Assembly: GCA_041659685.1 (NCBI GenBank)
Contig: JBAZXV010000007.1
Span: forward strand, 6,348 to 70,347
Direction: 5' to 3'
DNA: 64,000 nucleotides
From: Parcubacteria group bacterium
Lineage (GTDB): Bacteria; Patescibacteriota; Minisyncoccia; Moranbacterales; UBA11712
Shown here: one piece after another, positions 22,551 through 33,151 of the stretch
Layout of the letters: every line of letters begins with the position of its first letter
Position numbering within the stretch: position 1 is the stretch's first letter
Notes under the pieces: generated by a model
The model's input: the letters and a program-made list of their open reading frames with translations, nothing else
Database searches by the model: none
Told to the model about the DNA's origin: nothing
Translations under genes and position numbers: made by a program

Positions 22551-22673
22551 GGAAATATTTTTTGTCTTTGCGGTGTATAAATTATGAAACGGCTTTTTAT
22601 TATTAATTTAATTTTTTGAATCCAGGCTTAACGATATTTATTCAATTAAGCCGCGTTCAGGAGAGCAACGCAT

Positions 22674-23048
22674 ATGCCAAGAATTATACATTTTGAAATT
22701 CCAGCCAGTGATCCCGAAAAGACAGCCAAATTTTATACGGACACGTTCGGTTGGGAGATTAAGAAGTGGGACGGGCCGATGGATTATTGGCTTGTGATGA
22801 CGGGTGACAAGGCGAAGCCCGGAATCGACGGGGGAATTTATAAAAGAGACGAGAAGATGAGGGAAGTCGTGAACACGCTCGATGTGCCGGATATTAAGGA
22901 GTATGTCGAAAAAGTGAAGCAAAGCGGCGGAACTGTGACGGGAGAAATTCAAGAAATTCCGGGAGTGGGAATGTTTGTATATGCCATGGATCCTGAAGGG
23001 AACAAATTTGGCATGATGCAGTCTTTTCCGGATGCGAAGATGGCCTAG
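22674..23048 (+). CDS. VOC/glyoxalase family protein
   Basis: IIHFEIPASDPE...FYTDTFGW...DPEGNKFG; SD AGGAG. Confidence 0.9.
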   Translation: MPRIIHFEIPASDPEKTAKFYTDTFGWEIKKWDGPMDYWLVMTGDKAKPGIDGGIYKRDEKMREVVNTLDVPDIKEYVEKVKQSGGTVTGEIQEIPGVGMFVYAMDPEGNKFGMMQSFPDAKMA

Positions 23049-23163
23049 GGAAGTATTTTTTGTATAAGTTTAAAAAAGTCTGCAGGCAAATTATGACCGG
23101 CGGGCTTTTGTTTTTATCAGAAAATCTGTATATTGAAAATATAATCGTCTAAGGAGCATTATT

Positions 23164-24771
23164 ATGAAAAAAACGGCGTTGATCTCGGTTTACGAGAAAG
23201 AAGACGTAGAAAAATTTGCGAAAGACTTGGTGGAAATGGGATGGGAAATCATTTCTTCGGGGGGGACGGCGAAATATTTGGCGGAACACGGGGTAAAGAC
23301 GAGGAATACTTCTGAAATTTCTGGGGGGGAAGCGATATTGGGGCACAGGGTGGTTACTTTGTCGCGCGAAATCCATGCCGGACTTTTGGCAAGACCCGAT
23401 GTTTCCGAAGATATGACGGAACTTGAAAAACTTAAAATCCCGTTTATTGATTTGGTTTGCGTCGATTTATATCCTCTCGAAGATGCAATTTCAAAAACCG
23501 ACGCCAGTTACGAATCTGTGATTGAACTTACTGATATCGGAGGGCCGACTCTTCTCCGCTCCGGGGCAAAAGGCGGAAGAATTGTCATCTGCGATCCGGA
23601 AGATCGGGAAAAAGCCATAGCAAAACTGAAAACCGAAGAGGGAATCAGCAAAGAGGAAAGGATCGAACTCGCGGCGAAAGCCGAACATATCATATCCGAG
23701 TACTGTCTTCATTCGGCGAAATTTCATTCGAAGGAAAAATATTCCGGATTCGCCGGAAGACAAATTTTGGAAACTTTATACGGAGAAAATCCCCAGCAAA
23801 TGCCGGGAAAACTGTACGCGACGGAGAATAAAGATCCGCTGGCGCTGGATAAATTTCAGATTCTTACCGAAATGGCGCCGAGCTTCAATAATACCTGCGA
23901 CATTGACCGGATGCTCCAGGCCATGACGCATATCGCGGCGGCGTTCGACACAAACAATATCTCTGCCAAATATTTCGGCGTTGCCGTGAAACACGGCAAT
24001 TGCTGCGGCGCGGCTTATGGCGACGACAAAATTAATGTCATCAAAAAAGTCGTCGAAGGCGATCCCCGGGCTATTTTTGGAGGTCTTGCAATGTTTAATT
24101 TTGATTTAGATGAGGAAGAGGCGGAAACGCTTCTGACGCATCTCATGGAAGAAGGGCGCAGGAGATTGCTGGACGGAGTCGCGGCGGCCGGTTTTTCGGA
24201 AAAGGCTTTGGAAATCGCCAGGCGGAAAAAAGACAAGTGCCGCTTTATCGTTAATCAGGCGCTTTCCCATTTAGGCAGAAACAGCCTTGATGCGTCTGCA
24301 AGATTCCGTTATGTCCGCGGAGGATTTCTCTGTCAGCCTAATTATACTTTTGTCCTGGATTTATCAAATCCGGAAATTAAAATATACGGAAATCTGGAAG
24401 ATTCGATGAAGAGCGATCTTTTGCTGGCCTGGGCCGTTTCAAGCACCTCTAATTCGAATACAATCACTTTGGCGAAAGATGGCGGACTGATCGGCAATGG
24501 CGTCGGACAGCAGGATCGCGTGGGATGCGCCGAGCTGGCAATAAAACGGGCCAGAGACGCAAAGCATGAAATTCAGGGGTCTGCGGCGGCAAGCGACAGC
24601 TTCTTTCCATTTTCTGATGCGCCCGAGGCCCTGGTGAATGCCGGCGTAAAAGCGATATTTTCGACCTCAGGATCAGTCGGAGACGAGAAAGTTCGAAAGG
24701 CGCTTCTTGGCAGAGAAATTGCCATCATTCAGTTCCCCGACAGGCTTTCCAGAGGTTTTTTCGGGCACTAG
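23164..24771 (+). CDS. purH: Bifunctional AICAR transformylase/IMP cyclohydrolase
   Basis: ALISVYEK, SGGTA, DIGGPTLLRS, YGENPQQ, KHGNCCG, GVGQQDRV, ASDSFFPF. Confidence 0.92.
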   Translation: MKKTALISVYEKEDVEKFAKDLVEMGWEIISSGGTAKYLAEHGVKTRNTSEISGGEAILGHRVVTLSREIHAGLLARPDVSEDMTELEKLKIPFIDLVCVDLYPLEDAISKTDASYESVIELTDIGGPTLLRSGAKGGRIVICDPEDREKAIAKLKTEEGISKEERIELAAKAEHIISEYCLHSAKFHSKEKYSGFAGRQILETLYGENPQQMPGKLYATENKDPLALDKFQILTEMAPSFNNTCDIDRMLQAMTHIAAAFDTNNISAKYFGVAVKHGNCCGAAYGDDKINVIKKVVEGDPRAIFGGLAMFNFDLDEEEAETLLTHLMEEGRRRLLDGVAAAGFSEKALEIARRKKDKCRFIVNQALSHLGRNSLDASARFRYVRGGFLCQPNYTFVLDLSNPEIKIYGNLEDSMKSDLLLAWAVSSTSNSNTITLAKDGGLIGNGVGQQDRVGCAELAIKRARDAKHEIQGSAAASDSFFPFSDAPEALVNAGVKAIFSTSGSVGDEKVRKALLGREIAIIQFPDRLSRGFFGH

Positions 24772-24851
24772 GAACGGAAACCGGATAATCCTTCAGTATA
24801 ATTGCGTTCTGTGGTATAATAAGGGCATAAATATTAAAATAAAAATGAAAA

Positions 24852-25808
24852 ATGTATTGGAAGATCTTAGATGATTTCAACTTTATTTCGCGGTGCAAGA
24901 AGTATCGGATAGGTCTCTGGCAATGCCCTAATTTTCTTTTTATAGTAATGGCCGTGATCACTATTGCGGCTATGCTCGGCACAAATTATATCTCCAAGTT
25001 TTATGATGACGAAACCGTGACCATCCTGAGTGTCAGCGGAGTCGCGATTTTAATATTGGTGATCGGAAATTTTATTATTCGCGGAGTCGAAAAAATCGCG
25101 GAAGCCAATATTATGAAAAGCGAATTTATTTCAATAATATCGCATCAGCTTTGCAGCCCCCTGTCGGCGATAAAATGGAATCTCGAGGTATTGGAAACGG
25201 AAAAGGAGGGAGAAGAAATCAAAATGACGCCAAAGCAGCTGCTGTTTCTGGGAAACATCAAAAAATCAAATGAAAAGATGCTGAAACTAGTCAATGATCT
25301 TCTGGAAGTAATAAGGATCGACCAAGGACGTTCAGTTTTCGCCAAAGAAAATGTCAGCCTTGCCCAATTGGTAAAAGAAGTAATCATTGATCTGGAATAT
25401 CTGTGGGGAATCAAAGGCGTGAAAATTAATCTGGAGAATAATTCTTCTCTTCCGAGAGTTTTCGTTGATCCCAAAAAGATGAAAATAGTAATGGAAAATC
25501 TTATGGGGAACGCTATAAAATATTCAAATGATGACAGCGAAATTAATGTAATTCTTAAATCTGACGGGAAAAAGGTAATGTTTATCGTTGAGGATCATGG
25601 AGCGGGAATTCCGCATTATCAGCATGACAAGGTTTTTGAGAAATTCTTTCGTTCCAATAATTCCTCCAAATATAGGACTGAGGGAGTGGGCCTGGGACTT
25701 TATCTCGTCAAGGCGATTCTTAAAAATTTTGAGGGAGAGGTCTGGTTTGAAAGCGAACTGAACAAAGGATCGACGTTTTATGTCAGTTTGCCTGTAACGC
25801 GCGGTTGA
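24852..25808 (+). CDS. Membrane sensor histidine kinase (HisKA + HATPase_c)
   Basis: Two TM helices; SHQLCSPL H-box; NAIKYS, DHGAGI and GVGLGL. Confidence 0.92.
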   Translation: MYWKILDDFNFISRCKKYRIGLWQCPNFLFIVMAVITIAAMLGTNYISKFYDDETVTILSVSGVAILILVIGNFIIRGVEKIAEANIMKSEFISIISHQLCSPLSAIKWNLEVLETEKEGEEIKMTPKQLLFLGNIKKSNEKMLKLVNDLLEVIRIDQGRSVFAKENVSLAQLVKEVIIDLEYLWGIKGVKINLENNSSLPRVFVDPKKMKIVMENLMGNAIKYSNDDSEINVILKSDGKKVMFIVEDHGAGIPHYQHDKVFEKFFRSNNSSKYRTEGVGLGLYLVKAILKNFEGEVWFESELNKGSTFYVSLPVTRG

Positions 25809-25861
25809 TTAGCCGATGTTTCGAATTAAGTTTAAAAAGATAAAAAGTAAATTATAAAGGT

Positions 25862-26242
25862 ATGGACGAGCAAGCTTCAAAAAAAATCCTCATCGTCGAA
25901 GACGACCGGTCTCTCCAGAATGCTCTGTCGGAAATGCTTAACCAGGAAGGATATGAAATAGTTTGCGCCTTTGACGGAGAAGAGGCGCTTGAGAAGATAA
26001 AGGAAGAAAATTTTGATCTTGTTCTTCTTGATATCATACTTCCCAAAAAGGACGGTTATGAGGTGCTGGCTGAAATAAAAAAGAGCGAGAAAAAGGATGT
26101 TCCCGTCCTGATTCTCACCAATCTTGAGGAAGTTGATAATGTCCAGAAAGCTCTTTCTTTGGGAGCAACGACTTTTATGGTAAAATCGGATTTCAGCCTC
26201 AAGGATGTTTTGGAAAAAATAAAAGAAAACTTAAAGCAATAA
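25862..26242 (+). CDS. Single-domain response regulator receiver
   Basis: ILIVEDD, LLDIILP, ILTNL, MVK. Confidence 0.92.
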   Translation: MDEQASKKILIVEDDRSLQNALSEMLNQEGYEIVCAFDGEEALEKIKEENFDLVLLDIILPKKDGYEVLAEIKKSEKKDVPVLILTNLEEVDNVQKALSLGATTFMVKSDFSLKDVLEKIKENLKQ

Positions 26243-26321
26243 CGGTTGGAAAAATTTGAGATGAAAATAATTTGTCTTCGGCTGAGCTCTTGCTTTAACG
26301 CGAATTTCGACAAAAAACAAA

Positions 26322-28061
26322 ATGAGAGTCGATAACGAAAGATTAAAAATTTTTATCCTGGACGCAGGGCTTCTTAAGGAGGAGGCTGTCGACCAGGCCA
26401 TCGAAGAAGGGAAAAATTCCGGGAAACGCCTCGGCGATATTTTGGTTGAGAAAAAACTTCTTGATCAAAACCAATTGCGTCAGCTATATTCCTATATTCT
26501 TGGCATTCCTTTTGTGAATTTGGAAAAAGAGATAATTCCAAAAGAGATTCTCCAGATTATCCCTGAGCCGATTGCAAAAAAATATCAGATCGTGGCTTTC
26601 AAGAAAACAGGTACGGAGCTCAAAGTTGCCATGCTCAACCCGGAGGATCTTCAGACGATTGATTTTATCAGAAAAAAAACGGGCCTTAAAATTTCTCCGT
26701 GCATTACGACTGAGGAGGGGATAGGCAACGCCCTTAAGCAATATGAGCAGAGCCTAAAAGCGGAATTCGGGGACATAATCGACAAGAACTCCCAGGAAGT
26801 TTCGAAAGAAGGGTCCCTTGAAAAGGTCGCCCAGGATCTTCCGGTGATTCGAATTGTCGATACGCTCCTTAAGCACGCAATTATTCAAGAGGCGAGCGAC
26901 ATCCACATCGAGCCTGACGAAAAGGAAGTCCGGGTTCGTTACCGGATAGACGGAATATTGCATGACGCCATGACCCTTCCCAGGGCGGTTATTGACGGGA
27001 TTGTGGCCAGAATTAAAATTCTTTCCAACTTGAAGCTTGATGAACGGCGTCTGCCGCAGGACGGGCGGTTTAAGATTGAGCAGGACGGGCGAAGGATAGC
27101 CTTTCGTGTCTCGATTCTGCCGGTTTATTCGGGCGAAAAGGTGGTGATGAGGCTTTTGGACGAATCTTCGAAGGGTCTCACTCTTGAGGGGATGGGGCTC
27201 TGGGGAAACTCGCTGGAGATTATTCATCAAGCGATAAAAAAACCCAACGGAATGCTTCTCGTGACCGGCCCGACAGGATCAGGAAAAACAACCACTCTCT
27301 ATACCGTGATGGACATCCTCAACACGCCCCAGGTCAATATTTCTACCGTGGAAGACCCGATTGAATATAAGATGTTTCGCATTAACCAAACTCAGGTCAG
27401 CCCCTCTATCGGACTGACTTTTTCCCAGGGTCTCCGGGCTCTTCTCCGGCAGGACCCTGACATCATTATGGTCGGGGAAATTCGGGATAAGGAAACAATG
27501 GAAATTGCCATCCATTCGGCTATGACCGGACATCTGGTGCTTTCGACGCTTCATACGAATAGCGCTGCAGGTACGATTCCGAGGCTTCTCGATATGGGGG
27601 CGGAGCCTTTTCTTATCGCTTCGACTATAAATGTCGTAATGGCACAACGGCTCGTAAGGAAGCTTTGTCCGGATTGCCGGCAGCCCTATAATCTTGACGC
27701 TGAACTGATAAACTCGCTCAAAAACCAGCTGGATCTCGAAAGAATTTTCAATTTGGCTGCAAAAAACAATATGCTCGATAAAAACTTACTTGAGCAAAAA
27801 GACTGGTCCCGGATCACTTTTTATCGTCCGGGAGGATGTGCAAGATGCCGGCAGGAAGGATATAAGGGTAGAATTGGAATTTTTGAGGTTATCGAAATCG
27901 ATGAAAATATTTCACAAATGATCGCCAAGATGGCCAGCAGCGAAGATATTGAGAAAAAAGCCCAGGAAAAGGGAATGATAAGGATGATCGAGGACGGAAT
28001 AATAAAAACAATTCAGGGCACCACTTCGATTGAAGAAATATTGAGAGTGACGAAAGATTAA
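26322..28061 (+). CDS. pilB: Type IV pilus assembly ATPase PilB/GspE (locus 1)
   Basis: ASDIHIEP, GPTGSGKTT, RQDPDIIMVGEIRD, STLHTN, tetracysteine motif. Confidence 0.93.
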   Translation: MRVDNERLKIFILDAGLLKEEAVDQAIEEGKNSGKRLGDILVEKKLLDQNQLRQLYSYILGIPFVNLEKEIIPKEILQIIPEPIAKKYQIVAFKKTGTELKVAMLNPEDLQTIDFIRKKTGLKISPCITTEEGIGNALKQYEQSLKAEFGDIIDKNSQEVSKEGSLEKVAQDLPVIRIVDTLLKHAIIQEASDIHIEPDEKEVRVRYRIDGILHDAMTLPRAVIDGIVARIKILSNLKLDERRLPQDGRFKIEQDGRRIAFRVSILPVYSGEKVVMRLLDESSKGLTLEGMGLWGNSLEIIHQAIKKPNGMLLVTGPTGSGKTTTLYTVMDILNTPQVNISTVEDPIEYKMFRINQTQVSPSIGLTFSQGLRALLRQDPDIIMVGEIRDKETMEIAIHSAMTGHLVLSTLHTNSAAGTIPRLLDMGAEPFLIASTINVVMAQRLVRKLCPDCRQPYNLDAELINSLKNQLDLERIFNLAAKNNMLDKNLLEQKDWSRITFYRPGGCARCRQEGYKGRIGIFEVIEIDENISQMIAKMASSEDIEKKAQEKGMIRMIEDGIIKTIQGTTSIEEILRVTKD

Positions 28062-28084
28062 TTTTTATAATTTTGAATTATCTT

Positions 28085-29299
28085 ATGCCCCAATTCACCT
28101 TCATAGCCAAAAACAGCAAGGGGGAAATAAAGAACGGGGAAATAGAAGGAAGGGACAAAAGATCCATTGTGGAAAATCTGCGATCGGAAGGTTTTTTCGT
28201 AACTGCTATCGAGGAAAAAGACAAAATAGGAAAGGATGATAAAAAAACAAGGGGCGGGTTTTTCTCGGGAGTGTCGCTCAAGGATAAAATGATGTTTGCG
28301 CGGCATCTCGGAGTGATGCTCGCTTCCGGCCTTTCTCTTCCGAAAGCGCTCAAAGTCATCAGCAACCAAACAGGAAATAAAAAATTCCGCCGGATCCTTT
28401 CGGAGCTCGAAAATGACATCAAGACCGGAAACAGTTTGGCAAACAGTCTGGAAAAATACCCGGTTTTTGACGAACTCTCAGTCAATATGATAAGAGTCGG
28501 GGAGGCGGGCGGAAATATGGAAGAGGTGCTCGGCCTCTTGGCCGACCAATTGGAAAAAGAACACAATCTTCTGAGCAAAGTCAGGGGCGCCATGTACTAT
28601 CCTTCCGTGATTCTCTTGGTGATGATCGGTGTCGGGATCGCAATGATGATTTATGTGGTTCCGAAGCTGACAACGGTTTTTTCCGATATTTCCAGCAGTT
28701 TGCCGCTCTCTACCCGGATGATAATCGCATCAAGCAACTACATGGCGAGCCATCAGCTGATAGTAATTTCCGGGATCGTGCTGCTGGCTGCAGTTTTGGT
28801 TGCTTTCTTCAAAACATCAACAGGAAAAAAAATATCAAGCCTAATTTTTTTTAAGGCTCCGGTAATAAAAAATGTAGTTATTAAAGTCAACAACGCCCGA
28901 TTTGCAAGGATATACAGTTCATTGACGAAGAGCGGAGTGCCGGTTGTTGAATCTCTAAAAATAATATCACGCACTTTGACAAACAATGCCTACCAGAAAG
29001 CTTTTCGGGATATAAGTGAAGATGTTCAAAGAGGAAAACCGCTTCATGAGGAGCTGGCAAGATATCCCAAACTTTTTCCGATTCTTGTCATGCAAATGGT
29101 TGAGGTGGGTGAAGAAACGGGAAAAACCGTCGAAGTCCTTACGAATCTCGCCCATTTTTATGAAGATGAAGTCGATCAGCTTACAAAAAACCTCTCTTCC
29201 ATCATTGAGCCGGTATTAATGGTTATTATCGGATCGGCAGTTGGTTTTTTTGCCATCTCGATGATTATGCCAATGTATTCGGTGATGGAAAATATGTAG
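28085..29299 (+). CDS. pilC: Type IV pilus platform protein PilC/GspF (locus 1)
   Basis: Two T2SSF repeats (GEAGG, GEETG), AMYYP, IEP. Confidence 0.93.
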   Translation: MPQFTFIAKNSKGEIKNGEIEGRDKRSIVENLRSEGFFVTAIEEKDKIGKDDKKTRGGFFSGVSLKDKMMFARHLGVMLASGLSLPKALKVISNQTGNKKFRRILSELENDIKTGNSLANSLEKYPVFDELSVNMIRVGEAGGNMEEVLGLLADQLEKEHNLLSKVRGAMYYPSVILLVMIGVGIAMMIYVVPKLTTVFSDISSSLPLSTRMIIASSNYMASHQLIVISGIVLLAAVLVAFFKTSTGKKISSLIFFKAPVIKNVVIKVNNARFARIYSSLTKSGVPVVESLKIISRTLTNNAYQKAFRDISEDVQRGKPLHEELARYPKLFPILVMQMVEVGEETGKTVEVLTNLAHFYEDEVDQLTKNLSSIIEPVLMVIIGSAVGFFAISMIMPMYSVMENM

Positions 29300-29485
29300 G
29301 CATATTGTGAATTTTTTCACGATATCAAGTTTCTGGTTTCTAATAATCAACTTCCAAATGAGTTCCAATGACCAAAATTAAAATCGCCGAAAATTTCGGG
29401 TTTTGGCAATTGAATATTTAAACTTAGTTGATATTTAGTTTCCGATAATTGGAGTTTTAAAGGGATTCATGTTCACAGAAATATA

Positions 29486-30850
29486 ATGATAAAAAGAAAA
29501 ATAGAAAATAAGGAGAAAGGCTTTAGTATATTGGAGGTTGTGGCGGCAATTTTTATTTTCTCCATAGTCACAATTACAATATACGGTTCTTTCAGCGCCG
29601 GGCTCAATTCGGTGGCTCAATCAAAGCACCGCGTTTCGGCGACGGAGCTTGCGAACGAGAAAATGGAAATAATCCGCAATATGTCATACGCGGACATCGG
29701 AACGGAAGGAGGCGTTCCCGGCGGAATCTTGCCGCAGGAAGAAACGGTGTGGAAGAGTAACCAGAAATTCAGTGTTCGAACGGCGGTAATTTATGTCGAT
29801 GACGCTCTTGACGGCGTGGCAGGAGGAGATCCTAATGATGAAATCACAAAAGATTATAAAGAAGCGCGCGTGGAGGTGATCTGGGCGGGAATCAGCTGGG
29901 GCAAAGGCGTCACCCTGGTTTCCCGTTTTGTTCCAAATGGCGTTGAGAGTGAAAGCGGGGGAGGAACCTTCGTTCTGAATGTAATTGACAGCACCGGTCA
30001 AGGAATATCGGGTGTCGAGGCTCATATTGTGAATAACGAAGCCAATCCGCAAGTGAATATCACAACTCAAACCGACTCATCAGGGAGCATTCTGATGGCC
30101 GGTATGCCGGCGGGCGACCGAAATTACGAAATAGGTATTTCCAAAGATGCATACGAAAGCGTCTCCACTTTACCTCCTTATCCTGATACGGCCTATGACC
30201 CGACGGATACTCACGGATCAGTGGAAGAAGGCGGTTTAAGCAGTAAAACGATAATTTCCGACCAGACCGGGACGATAACCATCACTTCCGAAGATCTTAA
30301 CAGCAATCTGATTCCAAATATGGATTTTCATCTTGCAGGAGGAAGGATCATCGGGACGACAAGAGAGACTCCCGTACAATCTGTTTTCAGCTATAATCAA
30401 GACACGGCGACCGATGGGAACGGAACCCTGACTTTGGATGATATGTCTCCCGGAAACTACACAGTCAATTTCACGGAAGCGGGATATACTCTTATCGGAA
30501 CCGAAGCGCCTCTTCTTCATTTTTCGCTGGCGCCGGGCCAAATTCTCAGTGTAACTTTACTCGTCGTGAATAATGGCATCAATTCGCTGATCACGAGTGT
30601 CACAAATCCGATTACCAAGGAGCCGGTAAGCGGAGCCAGCGTTCGCGTGTTTGATGGAGCCGGATTTGACCAAACGCTCATCACGGGAGACTCAGGCAGA
30701 GTTTATTTTCCGCCGAATTTGGATCTGCCGGTTACGATGAATTCCGGACCCTACAGTATTGAAGTGACTGCCGGCGGATATACCAGCTATTCCGGTTCGA
30801 TCGAAGTCAGCCAGCTTACGCAAACTGCAATTGAACTGAATCCTTTATAA
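29486..30850 (+). CDS. Minor pilin-like protein with prepilin motif and carboxypeptidase-regulatory-like beta domains
   Basis: KGFSILEVV prepilin site; repeated TxTDxxG beta-sandwich motifs. Confidence 0.8.
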   Translation: MIKRKIENKEKGFSILEVVAAIFIFSIVTITIYGSFSAGLNSVAQSKHRVSATELANEKMEIIRNMSYADIGTEGGVPGGILPQEETVWKSNQKFSVRTAVIYVDDALDGVAGGDPNDEITKDYKEARVEVIWAGISWGKGVTLVSRFVPNGVESESGGGTFVLNVIDSTGQGISGVEAHIVNNEANPQVNITTQTDSSGSILMAGMPAGDRNYEIGISKDAYESVSTLPPYPDTAYDPTDTHGSVEEGGLSSKTIISDQTGTITITSEDLNSNLIPNMDFHLAGGRIIGTTRETPVQSVFSYNQDTATDGNGTLTLDDMSPGNYTVNFTEAGYTLIGTEAPLLHFSLAPGQILSVTLLVVNNGINSLITSVTNPITKEPVSGASVRVFDGAGFDQTLITGDSGRVYFPPNLDLPVTMNSGPYSIEVTAGGYTSYSGSIEVSQLTQTAIELNPL

Positions 30851-30870
30851 TTTGTGAGCGCGAATCGGCA

Positions 30871-31506
30871 GTGAAAAAAATGAAAAAAATTTTACATGAA
30901 GAAAAAGGAATGACGCTTGTCGAGATGCTCATCGCAATGTTTATATTCATCATAATGATGTTCGGGTCCGTCTACCTTCTGAGTCAGATATACAAACGTT
31001 ACGGATTTGCCATGGAGCAGGGAATGTCGACTCATGCGGTGCAGCACAGCCTTAAAATAGTGCTCGAAGAGTTGCGGGGAATCCGGCAGTCTGATGCGGG
31101 ATCATATCCGATTGAAGAAGCTGAGAACTTCAGTTTTACCGCTTTCTCTGATGCTGACAAAGATGGAACAACAGAAAGGATTCATTATTTTTTTGAAGAC
31201 GGAAAAATCAAGAAAGGGATAACCGAGCCTGGCGGAACGCCGCCGTCTTATCCGGAAGGTGATCAGTCGGTTTCCATTATAGCCGAGCATGTGGTCAATA
31301 CCGCGGAGCAGCCGCTATTTTACTATTTCGACGGGAATTATCCGGTTGATCAGGAAAACAATCCGCTTAGCACGCCCGTGTCTCCGATAAGCGGTATCCG
31401 GATGGTGAAAATCGATATTTTCTATAACCTTAATCCTTTTCGGTCTCCGGACAATGTTCGTTTGGAGTCCTATGTGGAGCTAAGAAACCTGAAGGATAAC
31501 TGGTAG
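30871..31506 (+). CDS. Minor pilin (PilW-like)
   Basis: KGMTLVEMLIAM prepilin site; alternative ATG start at 30880. Confidence 0.8.
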   Translation: MKKMKKILHEEKGMTLVEMLIAMFIFIIMMFGSVYLLSQIYKRYGFAMEQGMSTHAVQHSLKIVLEELRGIRQSDAGSYPIEEAENFSFTAFSDADKDGTTERIHYFFEDGKIKKGITEPGGTPPSYPEGDQSVSIIAEHVVNTAEQPLFYYFDGNYPVDQENNPLSTPVSPISGIRMVKIDIFYNLNPFRSPDNVRLESYVELRNLKDNW

Positions 31507-31533
31507 AAGAAAATTAAAAATTAAAAATGAGAA

Positions 31534-33075
31534 ATGAAAAATTGCGGCGTTCCGCTTTGCGTGACGGACATTTTAAGGAATAGAAAAAACAATGGATCCG
31601 TTCTGATATTCATTGTCATTATTGCCGCTATGGGAGCGACAATTCTTTTGGGCCTGACCGTCTTTGTGGCATCCCAGGACAAAAATAGCCGGAGAACGGC
31701 TGCTCAGGAACAGTCCTTTGGGGCGGCAGAAGAAGGAATATATTGGTATCGCTGGTATCTGGCCCCTAAGATCGAAGGAAAAACAGCTCGCGAAGTAGAC
31801 GAGTTTTGGGCGAGCGGAAATCCAGTCGGGGTGGCAGAGCCGTATGAATCCGAGGTGAAAGATCCTTCGGGGGCGGCGCTGGGGAAATATAAGCTGGAAA
31901 TAACTCCTCCGCCGACCGGATCGTCAATAATCATTGCGAAATCAACCGGCTGGACGTATAAATCTCCAAACGTAAAGAGAGTTATTCAAGTGCGTTTCAG
32001 GAAACCGGCCTGGTGTGAATATGTAGTTTTAGGAAACAGCGACATAAGGTTTGGAGAGGGTACGGATGTTTACGGCATGGTTCATTCAAACGGAGGCGTG
32101 CAATTTGACGGCGTGGCCCATCACCTCGTAACGGCTCTTCCTGAAGAATATTGGAGCGAGGACAATGACGTGCGAGGCTGGCACGATGGCGTCTGGACGA
32201 ATAATCCCCCTGAATCAGAAAGGTTTCTTGCCGGAAAGGAATATCCCGCTCCGGAAAAAAGCTTCAATTCCGTGATTGCCAATCTTAATCTGGCAAAGGA
32301 TTATTCCGATCCGGAAGAAGGCGGACTTTATCTGGGCCAGGACAAAGTTGACCAGCAATATTGCGACTGGGTGACTCACGGGAGGAGGAGAGTCTGGGAA
32401 TGCCAAACGGTACATAAAAAAGTGAATGGTTATCATATCAAATTTAATCCCGTTCCCGGAGAAGGAAATGATACGATGTCGATTTCGATGGTGATTTCCT
32501 ATGGCTCCAATAGCTACAAGATTGAAGAAGAAACTTCGGCGGTGACCTATAATGTTTCCGAAAACGGTCTGATTTTTGTTGAAAATCATGTATGGGTGGA
32601 AGGGACGATAAATAATGAGCATCTTACTGTTGTAGCAGCCGATCTGATGGAAGTTCCCGGCGATCCCGAGCCTCCGGGACACGACAAGGATATTTATATC
32701 AATAACGATGTGTTGTATACTAATAAAGACGGCCGCGATATTCTGGGACTCTTGGCTCAGGATAATGTGACAGTCGGGCTTTACAGTGAGAATAATCTTG
32801 AGATCGATGCGGCTCTGCTGGCCCGCCGCGGAAGAGTGGGAAGGGATTATTACAGCAGCAGCGAGCCGACATACTATAAAAGAAGCACAATAACTGTTTA
32901 TGGGGCGATTGTTACCAATGAGCGTTACGGGTTTTCCTGGATAGACGGAATCGGAAGGTGGACATCGGGATATGATAACCGCAATATAATTTTTGACAAC
33001 AACCTTCTGTATTATCCGCCTCCGTTTTTTCCGACCGGAGACAAATATCAGATTGATTTGTGGGAAGAGTTGTAA
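31534..33075 (+). CDS. PilX-like minor pilin with a large C-terminal domain
   Basis: NGSVLIFIVII (lacks Glu+5) and AAEEGI, typical of the PilX N-terminus. Confidence 0.75.
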   Translation: MKNCGVPLCVTDILRNRKNNGSVLIFIVIIAAMGATILLGLTVFVASQDKNSRRTAAQEQSFGAAEEGIYWYRWYLAPKIEGKTAREVDEFWASGNPVGVAEPYESEVKDPSGAALGKYKLEITPPPTGSSIIIAKSTGWTYKSPNVKRVIQVRFRKPAWCEYVVLGNSDIRFGEGTDVYGMVHSNGGVQFDGVAHHLVTALPEEYWSEDNDVRGWHDGVWTNNPPESERFLAGKEYPAPEKSFNSVIANLNLAKDYSDPEEGGLYLGQDKVDQQYCDWVTHGRRRVWECQTVHKKVNGYHIKFNPVPGEGNDTMSISMVISYGSNSYKIEEETSAVTYNVSENGLIFVENHVWVEGTINNEHLTVVAADLMEVPGDPEPPGHDKDIYINNDVLYTNKDGRDILGLLAQDNVTVGLYSENNLEIDAALLARRGRVGRDYYSSSEPTYYKRSTITVYGAIVTNERYGFSWIDGIGRWTSGYDNRNIIFDNNLLYYPPPFFPTGDKYQIDLWEEL

Positions 33076-33151
33076 TCTTCGGCGATTAATGAGCAGGGAG
33101 CGGATGGAATATTCATTGCAATTTTTTTTATTCTTTATTATCGCGAACGGA

